In this document: positions 27,728 through 40,562 of the stretch, piece after piece
Numbering within the stretch: the first letter of the stretch is position 1
Layout of the letters: every line of letters begins with the position of its first letter
Source of the DNA: Eledone cirrhosa
Taxonomy: Eukaryota
NCBI GenBank assembly: GCA_964016885.1
Contig: OZ024751.1
Coordinates: 45,322,001 to 45,386,000 of the forward strand
DNA length: 64,000 nucleotides
Reading direction: 5' to 3'
Translations under genes and position numbers: made by a program
The notes under the pieces: generated by a model
Told to the model about the DNA's origin: nothing
The model's input: the letters and a program-made list of their open reading frames with translations, nothing else
Databases searched by the model: none

Positions 27728-27925
27728 TTAACTTTGAGACTCTTTCTTCACAGTGGCAACGATAAGTTCTTGTAGTTCCAAAGAGTCCTTCAATTGTTTA
27801 CTAAGTTGGTTGTGTAATTCAAGTACTTCATTATTTTCGAGTTCATAAGTGCTTTTCGCTTCGTTCAATAATCGCTGTAGATTCTCAGCTTTCACAGCAA
27901 CCTTCTCCTTTTCAGCATCCATTTG
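27728..27925 (-). CDS. Homer: Homer last coding exon (C-terminal coiled coil / leucine zipper)
   Basis: Acceptor tttttccaag, then QMDAEKEKVAVKAENLQRLL...VKKESQS and TAA; phase 0, matching the previous exon. Confidence 0.8.
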   Translation of the reverse strand, partial: QMDAEKEKVAVKAENLQRLLNEAKSTYELENNEVLELHNQLSKQLKDSLELQELIVATVKKESQS

Positions 27926-28585
27926 CTTGGAAAAATAAATAAAGTAAAACATGGAGAAAACTGTAAAAAGAAATTTCTATTTGGCACAAAAATATAATTT
28001 TGTCAATTTTTTCTAAGGACTTTATATAAATATCCTGCTATCTTTTAACCATGAGTTGAATAGTTCTACAAATTCCTTAATTTCACAGTACACATGTTTT
28101 CTAATTACACATCCTTCCCAACCATAAAATAAGAGTAGCCCCTGTAATTTAGTCAAGTAAACTGGACCCAGACATTTAGAGGAAAAAGTAAATTGTTTTA
28201 TACTCTCAATTTTGTAACAAAGAAAAAGAGAAACCTTTTTTTTTTTAATGAAGGACAGAAGTTTGAAGATCTTCATAATATTAGTTGGATAATACAACAG
28301 AGTTAATGTTCTTTCATATCTTATACTGAACTTAGTGTTTACCCCTGCTTTCTATAGTATAATATTGAGAAACATCTCCTCCGGGAGAGGATGCTAGTCT
28401 ATAACATGTTTAGTTTCTATGGTATTATGTTGAGTACTTTTTATCGACCTCAAATAGATGAAAGGTAAAGTTGTCCTCAGGAAGATTTGAACTCAGAGCC
28501 CCAACTATCCATACTCTCTTTGTTTACTAATACAAAGGTTAAAAGTATTTGTTTAGTTTTGTTAGTATTACTATTTATTGTTTAC

Positions 28586-28666
28586 CTGTAGTTTAGCCTG
28601 GAGAATGGCATTTTGAGCTTCTGCATTAGATAATTCTTTAATACGTCGATGGAGATGTTCAATTTC
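28586..28666 (-). CDS. Homer: Homer exon (81 nt, coiled coil)
   Basis: ttttccag|EIEHLHRRIKELSNAEAQNAILQAKLQ|gtaaac; phase 0-0. Confidence 0.88.
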
Positions 28667-29070
28667 CTGGAAAACAATGGAAAAAACAGACTAAACATTA
28701 GAAAAAACACACCAACTCTTTAACATTTTTGTTACCAAACTTCTAATGAAAGATACTGCCTATGTCTTTAACCCTTTTGTTACCATATTTCTAAGGAAAG
28801 ACACAGTCTATGCCATTAACCCTTTCATTACTATATTTCTAAGGAAACATTCTGCCTATGATTGTCAAATAATTTTGAAGAGATGTAGTAATACAACCAT
28901 CTCATTTGTTTTTTGGAGATGGTCTGACCTGAGGATAAACACCACCACCACCATGTCTTTGTGATAAACATGGAATATTTAGTAAATGCTCAAAAACAAA
29001 ATAGTTATTATAGACACACATATAAACACACACACACATATATGGTTATGGTATAGAATATTCTTCTTAC

Positions 29071-29193
29071 CTGCATTTTGTTTGAGGAATCTATTTGCAC
29101 CTGGTTTAAACGGGAAGTTACTTGCGATAGTTCTGCTTTTACTATATTATTACTTTGTTCTGAAGACATTGGTAAAGATTCTAATTCTTGAAC
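29071..29193 (-). CDS. Homer: Homer exon (123 nt, coiled coil)
   Basis: taacag|VQELESLPMSSEQSNNIVKAELSQVTSRLNQVQIDSSNKMQ|gtaaga; phase 0-0. Confidence 0.87.
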
Positions 29194-29842
29194 CTGTTAA
29201 TTAAAATAAAATTTGAAAAATATATGAATGAAACAACACAGTACAATGAAGAAATATATTAGTTTAATGCTTGATATAGTAGGAAAAATGTCTATGTATA
29301 TAATAATAATACTAATATTAATAAGAGTAAATATACTCATTTACTAGGTGTTTTTTTTAGCTCAATGCAATAAATATCATACAGAGTTGTTATATATTTA
29401 GTTTGTTTATAAACCAAAGAATTTAAGGCATGCCTTTACAAACTATATATATATATATATATCATCGTTACACGTCTTATTTTTCCATGCTTGCATGGGT
29501 TAAACAGGTCGCCCATATTATGAGAGATGTCTGGCCAGTTGGCCGTGCCGTACCTTGCTCAAATGGAACTGTAGTTTGGATGTTTTTTTTTTTTTTTTAC
29601 AGCAGGATGCTATATATATATATATATATATATAGGATAAGAGTCAGGACCCCGATGGCTGAGCTCTGTCCGTTTCGAGAGCTAGATTCGAGAAGTAAGG
29701 TAATATTGACAATGAAAAATACGACCAGAGGCATGTTGCCACCTTAATAGTACAGCAACGAAAAATACAGACAGGTTAAAGACAAACCTGAATACAAATA
29801 TATATGTGTGTGTGTGTGTGTGCGTGTATATAATATTCTTAC

Positions 29843-29999
29843 TCGTTTTTTGAGCCGAGAATTTTCCTCTTTGTATGCTGCTAGTTGTTTTTTCCATTCT
29901 TCAACATTTGCTGTACTCTCCTGAAGTGCCGTCGTCAATCTTTGATTGTTAGCTTTCAATGTCTGAAGTTCAATCTCCCATTTTTTGGTATTTGTGGAA
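29843..29999 (-). CDS. Homer: Homer exon (157 nt, conserved coiled coil)
   Basis: (S)STNTKKWEIELQTLKANNQRLTTALQESTANVEEWKKQLAAYKEENSRLKKR resembles vertebrate Homer1 WEAELATLKGNNAKLTAALLESTANVKQWKQQLAAYQEE; cag/gtaaga borders, phase 2-0. Confidence 0.96.
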
Positions 30000-30297
30000 C
30001 TGACATGAAGAAATGAAGAGACAACAGTTAATAACTAAAATACTGCCAGCTAAAACATACATTAACAATACTATATATGTATATGTGTCTGTGTATATAG
30101 GCATATATCTCTATATATTTGTATGGGTATCTCTCTTGCTCTGTGTATTTGCATGTGTGTATGTATGAGCATATATATTTCAGTATATGTGTACGTGTGT
30201 ATTTGCATGTTTGAATGTATATATGTGTGTGTGTGTGTATGTATGTGTAATTATGTAATATATTATGATGACACATTTGACACACTGTAATTCTCAC

Positions 30298-30428
30298 CTT
30301 TGTGCTAGAGCCAACTTTAACCTATCATTTTCATATTTCAGATGAGCTTCGGTGACATTTCCAGGAAGACTTGTCGCAGAACTGGAGAGAGATCCCCGTC
30401 GCTGGTCTTGGAGATTACTGGTACTAAT
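30298..30428 (-). CDS. Homer: Homer exon (131 nt, linker and start of coiled coil)
   Basis: ttttcag|ISTSNLQDQRRGSLSSSATSLPGNVTEAHLKYENDRLKLALAQ-AG|gtgaga; LKYENDRLKLALAQ is a conserved Homer motif; phase 0-2. Confidence 0.94.
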
Positions 30429-30499
30429 CTGAAAAAAAACAAAAAAAAACAAAAAAACACCATAGGAATTATAAATGATCAGTGAAACACTTTTACAGA

Positions 30500-30760
30500 C
30501 ATTTTTTTTCTTTTTTCTTTCTATCTTCTTCTGATGAAGGACTAACATCCAAAACATTAAAACTATTTTCTGAAAGCAAAATGTTTCCTTGTCCCCCCGC
30601 CCCTTTCTTACTCTTGTCTATATTTCTTCTCTCTTTCATTGTGTTCCAATGAAGGACCAATGTCTGAAACGTTGAGACTATTTTCTTACTACATCAAGTG
30701 TTAAACTAATATATATCTCATAACTGTACTTGCCCATGTTGTTTTTCCTTGACTTTTCTC
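30500..30760 (+). mobile_element. Penelope-like terminal repeat remnant with two degenerate hammerhead cores
   Basis: tctt-CTGATGA-aggactaacatcc-aAAAcatt (30527) and cCAATGA-aggaccaatgtct-GAAAcgtt (~30646); same family as 57528. Confidence 0.5.
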
Positions 30761-31180
30761 ATACTATTAAGAATGACAGATTTTTATCAACCCCTTTGAT
30801 GCCAAACCACTCAAAACTGTCTGGTTTTATGGACCAAAACCACCTATTCTAAAGGGTTAAATAACTGTAAGGTTTTTCTCTCCCTCACATTTACAGAGCT
30901 CCCTAACACATTCCTCAAATATACAATATAGTTTCAAGACTCATTACTTAGCCATAATAAATGATTAAAACTCTATTTTGGCATTGAGTACTCTTTTCTC
31001 TTGTCTGTCAACTACATCTCTCTCTCTATATATAATATATATAATATATATATATAATATATATATATAATATATATAATATAATATACATGGAAAGTTA
31101 TATTTAAATTGTTGGGTTACAACTAGTAAATATTAATAACTGATATAAAAGCACTCGACAAGTATTTGGAGTATATTTAC

Positions 31181-31543
31181 GATATTAAATAAATGGAAAC
31201 TATATTTATAAAACCATATTTATTTCGTTATATATATTTCAGGGATATCATATTAACAATATGCTATGCCTTCCTCAGACAAAATACAATATAAACAGTT
31301 TTATAGATAAATAGATTTGACATACCGTACAACATCGACTTGTATTTGAAAAGTTGAATTGGCAGTTCAACTTTTCAAATACAAGTCGATGTTGTACGGT
31401 ATGTCAAATCTATTTATCTATAAAACTGTTTATATTGTATTTTGTCTGAGGAAGGCATAGCATATTGTTAATATGATATCCCTGAAATATATATAACGAA
31501 ATAAATATGGTTTTATAAATATAGTTTCCATTTATTTAATATC
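31181..31543. repeat. Perfect palindrome: 178-bp arms, 7-nt loop
   Basis: 31181-31358 is the exact reverse complement of 31366-31543. Confidence 0.97.
31438..31503 (+). ncRNA. Hammerhead ribozyme-like motif (mirror copy at 31221-31286, minus strand)
   Basis: ATTTTGT-CTGAGGA-AGG...catatt-gtt-aatatg...CCT-GAAA-TATATA-TA-ACGAAAT: 7-bp stem I (one G-U), intact cores, palindromic stem III, AUA triplet. Confidence 0.62.
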
Positions 31544-32060
31544 ATATAATATAATATATATATATATAATATATATAATATAATATATATATAATATATA
31601 TATAATATATATAATATAATATATATATAATATATATATATATATAATATATATATATATAATATATATATATATATATAATATATATAATATATATATA
31701 TAATATATATAATATATATATATATATAATATATATAATATATATAATATATATATAATATATATAATATATATAATATATAATATATATAATATATATA
31801 TATATATAATATATATAATATATATATATAATATAATATATATATATATAATATGGGAAAACCCCCGTCCAAACCCATGCAAGCGTGGAACACGGACGCT
31901 AAACCTTGATGATGATGATGATGATGATATATATATAATATATATATATTATATATATATATATAATATATATAATATATATATATTATATATAATATAT
32001 ATGTTATATATAATATATATATATATATAATATATATATATATATTATATATATATATAT
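31544..32060. repeat. (TA/ATA)n microsatellite interrupted by an RTE/SINE tail fragment
   Basis: Near-pure AT, with the tail piece at 31853-31928. Confidence 0.9.
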
Positions 32061-32378
32061 ATCATCATCATCATTTTATGTCCACTTTTCCCTGCTTGCA
32101 AGGGTGGGACGGGAACTGATTCTGGCTTGATTTCCTAACACCAACCTCATTTACAGTGAGTGCTGGGTGCTTTTTTGCCGTGGCACCTCCACGACCACTT
32201 TGCAGTGGAATGATAGGGACCCCAGTCCTTATCATCTCATTTCTACAGCTGAGTAAACTGGAGCAATGTGAAATAAAGTGTCTTGCTCAAGGAAACAACA
32301 CATCACCCGGTCTGAGAATTGAACTCACAACCTTTCGATTGCAAGGCCAATGCTCTAACCACTAAGCCATGTGCCTCC
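32061..32378 (-). mobile_element. tRNA-derived CORE-type SINE, near full length
   Basis: Reverse complement begins ggaggcacatggcttagtggttagagcattggccttgcaatcgaaaggttgtgagttcaattc and ends in (GAT)n. Confidence 0.9.
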
Positions 32379-32551
32379 ATTATAATATATAATATATATA
32401 ATATATATATATAATATATATATATAGTAATATTTATATTTATATATGTTTGATAGTACTACCCTACATATTTATAGTTATAAGTACTAGCCGGTTACCG
32501 GTATGACAAAAGGCTCAATGCAAATTTTCAAGTGTTTTACAGAGCTGAGAT

Positions 32552-32962
32552 ACAAAGTGTTAAGACAATCAAATTTTAGTTTAGAACATTTATTAATTAG
32601 CTGACAATGGTTTCTACCAGAGGGAAGTCTGGAATCATCGGAGCATAAGGAATGTCGAAAACGTGTAACTAGAATCCTACTCATTGAGAACATTTAGAGT
32701 ACATAGTTGTTATTAGTGTCAAAGGCATCATGTGGAGAGTCAGGAGTTAAAAAGATGTTCCGCTTGAAATAACACAATTACAGGCAGCACTGGTTGGAAG
32801 TGTAATAGGTATAAGTAAAAGCAAAAAGCACAAGCAAAAAAATGGATTCTAGTTGCACGTTTTTGACATTCCTTATGTTCTGACGATTCCAGACTTCCCT
32901 CTGGAAGAAACAATTGTCAGCTAATTAATGTTCTAAACTAAAATTTGATCGTTTTAACACTT

Positions 32963-32965
<3 letters not shown>
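32552..32965. mobile_element. Penelope-like inverted-repeat remnant (~122-bp arms, ~165-bp spacer)
   Basis: 32552-32677 pairs imperfectly with 32844-32965, and each arm carries a hammerhead motif. Confidence 0.7.
32877..32921 (+). ncRNA. Minimal type-I hammerhead ribozyme
   Basis: GTT-CTGACGA-TTCCAGA(CTTCCC)TCTGGAA-GAAA-CAATTG-TC-AGC: perfect 7-bp stem II, palindromic stem III, GUC cleavage triplet. An inverted copy with a CCGATGA core lies at 32600-32644 (-). Confidence 0.78.
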
Positions 32966-32993
<28 letters not shown>

Positions 32994-33044
32994 TATCATC
33001 ATCGTTTTTAGGCTGTTTTCCACGCTTATATATATATATATATA

Positions 33045-33121
33045 CAGGGTGTCCCTCCAAAATACATACAGTCTGATGAGAATGCTGTTGAAGTGTGTAT
33101 ACATCTTTTTGGGACACCCTG
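33045..33121. mobile_element. Tc1/mariner-type MITE (77 bp)
   Basis: TA|CAGGGTGTCCC...GGGACACCCTG|TA, a perfect 11-bp TIR with TA flanks. A partial relative lies at ~41935-41997. Confidence 0.8.
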
Positions 33122-33369
33122 TATATAGATATATTTATTTATGTGTATGTGTAATAGTAACCAATTCCATGAAGCCTACTCTGTGTCTCTCTCTCACACA
33201 CAACCCCCACCCCACCTCATCTCATCTGTGTAGGATGGAATCAATGAGAACCAGTAAGCAGCAGTGAGTGAAATCTATTGATCTTTCTTTAGTGTCCAGT
33301 AGTTGTGGTTATGGTGGAATTGAAGTTGGACAGTGAAATATCAGCTGCCAACTAGACAGGGAAACATCT

Positions 33370-33470
33370 ACATAACTACCACCACTACTGCTGTTGTTAC
33401 TATCATCACCACTACTACTGCTGCCACCACCATCACCTCTCCACCACTACTGCCATCACTATCACCACTA

Positions 33471-33511
<41 letters not shown>

Positions 33512-33535
33512 GCTGCCACCACCACCACCACCTCT

Positions 33536-33567
<32 letters not shown>

Positions 33568-34205
33568 GACACCACCATCACCACTAAAACCATCATCTCT
33601 CCACCACCATAACTACTTCAACCATAACCTCCACCACCACCACCACCACAACCACTACTACTACCACCACTACTGACACCACTAAAACCATCATCTCTCC
33701 ACCACTATTGCCATCACTATCACCACCACCACTACTACTACTACAATCATCATCACTACTACCACCACCATCACCACTAAAACTATCATCTCTCCACCAC
33801 TACTGCCATCACTATCATCACCACCACCACTACTGCTGCTGCCACTACTACTACTACAATCATCAACACTACCACCACCATCACCACTAAAACTATCATC
33901 TCTCCACCACTACTGCTGCTGCCACTACTACTACAATCATCATCACTACTACCACCACCACCACTAAAACTATCATCTCTCCACCACTACTGCTGCTGCC
34001 ACTACTACTACAATCATCAACACTACCACCACCACCATCACCACTAAAACTATCATCTCTCCACCACTACTACTACAATCATCAACACTACCACCACCAC
34101 CATCACCACTAAAACTATCATCTCTCCACCACTACTACTACAATCATCAACACTACCACCACCATCACCACTAAAACTATCATCTCTCCACCACTACTGC
34201 CACCA
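33370..34205. repeat. (CAC/TAC)n trinucleotide tract with ~60-bp higher-order repeats
   Basis: The unit ccactaaaactatcatctctccaccactac recurs through the tract. Confidence 0.9.
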
Positions 34206-34796
34206 CTTCAACAGGAAAGTGGAGGTGGTGAAGATGTGGAATTCCTCTAGTGGAAGTATACATACCACCACCACCACCATCACAATGGTAGCAACAACAA
34301 GGAAGGTGGTGGTGGGAGATGTGGAATTCCTTTACATTCATCGGATGGCCTGGCCATAAATGAATAGTCCTAAAACTGTTGCTATAGCAACTATACCATG
34401 TTGGGAGTTGGAGTGGAAGTGATTGTTGTTTCTTTTGGATAGAAGGAGAGGGAGAAGGTGAGAGAGAGGAAGAGAGAGAAGGTGAGAGAGAGGGAGAGAG
34501 AGAAGGTGAGAGAGAGAGAGAGAACTACTTGATGTAACTGATTAAAGCAGCTTACTTAGTTTGTGTGTGTGTGTATACCTATAAACATACACACACACAT
34601 TGTGTTTATGTATACATATATAGGTCCTTAACTCTTGTAGTGACATATGGTTTGTCCTGGCATATCACAGAGAGAGAGGGGGAAGGGAAACACACAAATA
34701 CACACACACTATATATATATATAAAGGTGGAATAGGATTGTGTGACATTCATACCTCTCCCTGGTGGACTGGACAGGCCATTATCTGGAACATTAA

Positions 34797-35073
34797 CTCA
34801 TTAGCATTTAAATTATGCTATATATACTATTATATTTACTATTATATATACTATTATATTTACTATTATATATACTATTATATATACTATTATATTTACT
34901 ATTATACTTTCACGGTAAAGGCTTTACCTTACATAATAACGGATCTATGAGATTTTGATATTTATTTTGAGAACAATACCTTTACATCAGTATGAGTGGC
35001 CACTTAAGGCCGATTTAAACAGAAGGAGGTGAGAGAATTCTGGCCAGATACAGTTGGTTTAAATGCTAAAGGG
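34797..35073. mobile_element. piggyBac-type MITE
   Basis: TTAA|CTCATTAGCATTTAAA ... TTTAAATGCTAAAGGG|TTAA: 16-bp TIR with 2 mismatches and TTAA on both sides. Confidence 0.75.
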
Positions 35074-35555
35074 TTAATGAAGAAGAATATTTAGAGGTCA
35101 CAGAGTGTGTGACGAAAGGACTATGACTATATATAAACAACTATCTGGTTGTGGAACCAACCAACCAACCAGAAATTTATAAGCTTATAAATTTGTAAAT
35201 TTATAAATATATAATAAATTGAAGTGAAAGCAACTGGTGCGTGTGTTTCTTATTGGCAACATCACCCTCCCAAAGTATAACAATATTTAGATAATTAAAA
35301 CAATACAATTAGAGGAAGCTGAACACAAAGCAACACATAAGAAGGTGGTCTGAGAGCTAGACACATACATACAGGTGGTTTAGGACACACACACACATTC
35401 ACAGGTGGTCTGAAGGATAAACACACATACAAGTGACTTGGGACATAGACACACACACACACATATGGGAGGCCAGAAGGACTGACAAATAGACACGGAC
35501 ACACACACCATAAGTGTGTGTAAGGAATTCATTATTTCCAACCCTGCTCGAAAGC

Positions 35556-35589
<34 letters not shown>

Positions 35590-35679
35590 ATATATATATA
35601 TGAATGAATAAATAAATAAAATAACAAATGCTTATATTATTATTATTGAAGATGCCTTGATGATGTTTATATGATGATA

Positions 35680-36062
35680 AATTGTTTCTGATTTAGAGGC
35701 CAGCAATTTATAGGACATTATTGGTACTTTATTTTATCAACCCTGTGAATATGAAAGGCAGAAGCTAACCACGACAGGATTTGAACTCAGAACGTAAAGG
35801 GCCGTAACTCTATGCTGCAAAGGATATTGTCCGACGCTCTACTGATTCTGCCAATTAACTGCCCTCTATTATGATAAATAATTGTTTCTACTATTGGCAC
35901 GAGGCCAGCAATTATCTCAGTACATTACTGGTACTTTATTTTATCGACCCCGTAAGGATGAAAGGCAAAGTTAACCTCGACGGGATTTGAACTCGGACAA
36001 TAAAGGGACGTAACTCTTTGCTTCAAAGCATGGCGTCTGACCCTCTACCGATACTGGCAATT
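35680..36062 (-). mobile_element. Two tandem tRNA-derived SINEs (octopus OK-like family)
   Basis: ggtactttattttatcgaccccgtaaggatgaaaggcaaagttaacctcgacgggatttgaactc occurs twice; reverse complement of the 61815-62006 copy. Confidence 0.8.
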
Positions 36063-38189
36063 CAATAAATAATGCAACATAATATAAACATGACTGGCAA
36101 TATTGGAAATGTCATTATCAATCAATCATGCATATAAATACACACACATATACACATATATATCAGTCACATACACACCACACACATGTATATCAGTCAT
36201 ATACACAGATACACACACACTCATATATATAATATTATTATGTACACACAAACACACAAACACGTATATCAATCATATACACACATACAAATACACTCAT
36301 ATATATATTATTATTATGTACACACACACATGTGTATGTGTGTGTTTATGTCAATGATTATATATTATATACAAATACATTAATACACTAACATACACAC
36401 ACTATATACATATATACATACACAAGAATATATACACCATCATCATTATCAACATATATTTTGTCATATACTACACAATAGATGATAATTCGGTATAGGA
36501 AATAAACACACAATCATCACCATCTACATATATACTATTATAAACTACACAGATGATATTTCTGCATAGTAAATAAATACATACATATATATATACCACT
36601 ATCATCATCATTATTTACATATATATATACCCGTTATAAACTACACAACAGATGATATTTCTGTATAGATACATACATATATATATATATACTACCATCA
36701 TCATCTAGATATATGCCCGTTATAAACTACATACATACATACATATATATATAATCATACATATATATAGATGATAAATAGAGAGAAAAATTGAATGGCT
36801 TTGGTTAATAATAAGAAACCTTAAACAGACGACACATCTATCTCTTCATCAAATACTATAGAGGGATAGAAAGACAGACAGGCAGATACTAATGGAGGTA
36901 GGATTAGAATCAGAAAGGAACACAAAAAAAATATTGAATAGAACTGATAATACCTCATATGCCATTAGGTAGGATAGCAGAACTAAAACAGAGTACTACT
37001 TTTTTTTTTTTTTGTCTCTTCCCTTATATCGGGTCTGCAGTGAATAAACACACACACAATGTAGCAGATACAGTAGTTATAAAGGAAGAAACCAGAAAAC
37101 AAAAGCAAACAAAAAACAACAGAAAAATATACAAACAAAACAACCACCTTTTAAGCTCCTTTATTACCACATAATAAATGAAATGAACAGTATTTGAATT
37201 AATTAATGAAATGAACAGTATTTGAATTAATTAATGAAGAATTTGGAAGGATTTACTGAAATTATTAATTACTTAATTATTTTAAGATGGTAATATGTGA
37301 GATAACATAACCAAAGGTTCCTATATCAAATTATATGTTGGAAGATAATATAAATTAAGAACCCCACCACCTTTAAAATGGGTGATTTTGTTTCATAGAA
37401 TGACAGTCAGTCTTGGATGGGTTAAAGAAGAATTTATTAATTAGAAGACTACTTCATATATATATAAATGAAGGCTGCCCCTTCGTTATCGAGTATGGCC
37501 ATTGCATAATTAAAAAGAAAGAAAGAATGCATATATATTAATAATTATATATATATATATATATGCACATACATGCATACATACACACCCACCCACTTTT
37601 GACTTTCATATTCCACAATGCTTCAAGCAAACTACTACACCTTACATATATATAAACATCCCATCAGGAACCAATCGCTCGTAGAGAAATTTTGTCACAA
37701 ATTAATGAAGAAAAAAAAAATGTATTTTTTCTCAAAATCCTGATACAATAAAAAGATGATATGGGGACAGCGTTGTGTGATGTACTTGCCTTTCTGTGTC
37801 GGACAGGAAAGGTGTGTCAGGGATGAGTGTGGGGGAGGGAGGATGCATGGGTTGAATGGGAGAAAGGACCTGTGGAAATTGGGAATATACTGGCAGTTGA
37901 GGATCTGAATGTTGTTGCCTCTTTGGGTTTAGGGTGAAGGGAGTTGAGAGTATACTGACAAATGGGGCCCCATCCTCCCTGAGCTCTTTTCAATCCCTGT
38001 TTGTCTAGGAAGGTTTTTTTTCTGCTATGTGACATGTTACCAGTCAACCCAACTCTGCATCATCTCCTTTGTGAGGTTCAGCTATCAATCATATATATTC
38101 ATGTTTATTTCCCATAAAATAAGTACCAGGGTTGATATGGAAGACTAAATCAAGGCAGCGCTGCAGTATGTATCATAATTATCATCATT

Positions 38190-38430
38190 TAACCTGGACT
38201 GAACAGGTCTTCACAGACCAAGTCAGTCAGTCTTCTCTGCTAGCATGGGCTGGACAGGTTTTCACAGAACAAGTCAGTTAGTCTTCCCTGCTAGCAGGGG
38301 CTGGACAGATCTTCACAGAACAAGTCAGTCAGCCTTCCCTACTAGCATGGGCTGGACAGGTTTTCACAGTACAAGTCAGTCCGTCTTCCCTGCTAGCATG
38401 GGCTGGACAAGTCCACCCAGACCAAGTCAA
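38190..38430. repeat. 59-bp tandem repeat (x4) derived from the LINE/SINE tail
   Basis: The unit ttccctgctagcatgggctggacaggttttcacagaacaagtcagtcagtc matches the reverse complement of the cccatgctagc tail motif. Confidence 0.8.
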
Positions 38431-40242
38431 TACTCAAGCAGAGCTACTGACCTCTCAGATAGGCTGAGGGTCTTACATGTCACTTATATACAATGTTTGT
38501 ATGATATTTAGACATACACATAGTTGGTTTACTTTTTCTTTTGTAGTAGCAAAACAAACAGGGTCAACAAATCTTTGTGTTAGAAATATGCCAAGTCTGC
38601 TATTGTATCTGTCAGACATACAAGAAGCAGAACGACATTTTAAAAGTATACATATACACATACACTTGTATATATATGTATGTGCGTGTTGTAAGAAGTG
38701 ACTAAAAGGGTTGGGGTCAGGAAGGGTATCTGACTGTAAAACATTAAAACATTGCTTCAAAATGTCCTGTCCAGCCCATGCTAGTATGGAAATGTATATA
38801 TATGCATGTGTACGTTGCCATGTAATATCATTCTCTGTTGTCCCCATACTATCGTGGGAGCCACACTAGAGAGGTTGTGTCGTATCTTTGACACAGCAGA
38901 AGAGTCCACCCGACCCTTTGTTTGGTAGGCTTTCTATGGCTAGATGCCCTTCTTATCACCAAGCACATTACAGAGTGTACTGGGTGTATATTTATTGTAT
39001 AGATCACCAATACTAGAGAGATTGTCATATTTTTTACACAAGTGAAGAGACTTCAACTCTTTTTGGCATGGGTCCTATAGCTGGATGCCCTTCCTATCAC
39101 CAACCTCTTTACGGGGTGTAGTTATGATGATGATGACCAAAGGTTTAATGGTGATGATGATGATGATAGTGATATGTTCTAAAGGCTAATGGTGATGATG
39201 ATGATGATATATTCTAGAGGCTAATGGTGATGATGGTGATGATAGTGATATATTCTAGAGGCTAATGATGATGGTGGTGATGATGATAGTGATATATTCT
39301 ATAGGCTAATGGTGATGATGGTGATGATGAATGTTTGCAAGGTGGGTGGATGATCAACGATTGCAATGTGTGAAAATTTTAATTGAATTTCAAAAGTAGG
39401 TCGATGGTGAGGAAATAACTAGATTGGCTTCAATATAACACAGATGGTTTGGTGGTATTGATTGAATCAAACACCACCACCATGATCATCATCACACAGA
39501 ATCAAACACCACCACCACCACAAAGAATTAAACACTACCACCACCATCACCACTACTACATAGAATCAAACACCACCACCATCACCACCACCACAAAGAA
39601 TCAAACACTACCACCACCATCACCACTACTACATAGAATCAAACACCACCACCATCACAAGGAATCAAACACTAGCCCCCCCCCCACACCGTTATATAGA
39701 ATCAAACACTACCACCACTACCACTATATAGAATCAAACACCACCACCACCACCACTTATAGAATCAAACACCAATACCATCACAAGGAATGAAACAATG
39801 CCCCCCCCCCCCCATAAAATCAAACACCACCACCACCACTCATAGAATCAAACACCAATACCATCACAAGGAATGAAACAATGCCCCCCCCCCCCATAAA
39901 ATCAAACGCCACCACCTCGAATCACAGTAGCATCCTCCACCACCATATTGAATCTTAGGAACAGAAGTGATAGGAAAAATGTTAAGTCTAAGCATGGCAT
40001 GAGTCACTGGCGAGAGAGAGAGAGAGAGGGGGGGAGAGGAGGAAGTAGAGAGAGGGGGAGGGGAAGAGAAAGGAGAGAGAGGGGGAGAGGAGGAAGAAGA
40101 GGGGGCGGCAGAAAGGAGGAAGGAGAGAGAGAGAGAGAGGGGGAAGAAGTGAGATTCCACCAAAACAAGGATTATTTTGTACTTAGATGTTTTTATGAAT
40201 TTTCTTAAGGTTAAAGGTGTCACAATGTCATTACATTCTATA

Positions 40243-40288
<46 letters not shown>

Positions 40289-40562
40289 CATACATACATA
40301 CATACACACACATATATATATGTGCGCATAAATATTCACACACACACACACACCTTTATATATGTAATATGTACATACACATGTCAATCGGTGCAACACT
40401 GCAGTCAGTCTGTTTCACCATCATTGATATCAACTTTGTATTTTGACACCTTAAAAATTAACCCTTTCATTATAGTTTTTTTTAACGTAAAGTGGTCGTG
40501 TTGGTGACTTGACAAAAAGCACCCTGTAAGCTGGTTGTGCTGGTGACTTGATAAAAAATATC

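Noticed and set aside
34185-34432. Possible alternative terminal Homer exon in intron 4 (pyrimidine tract, AG, then an open frame KQQSLPLQLPTW...)
   Set aside because: The pyrimidine tract is a CT microsatellite, the acceptor (aaaag) is weak, and the frame runs into trinucleotide repeat with no homology evidence.
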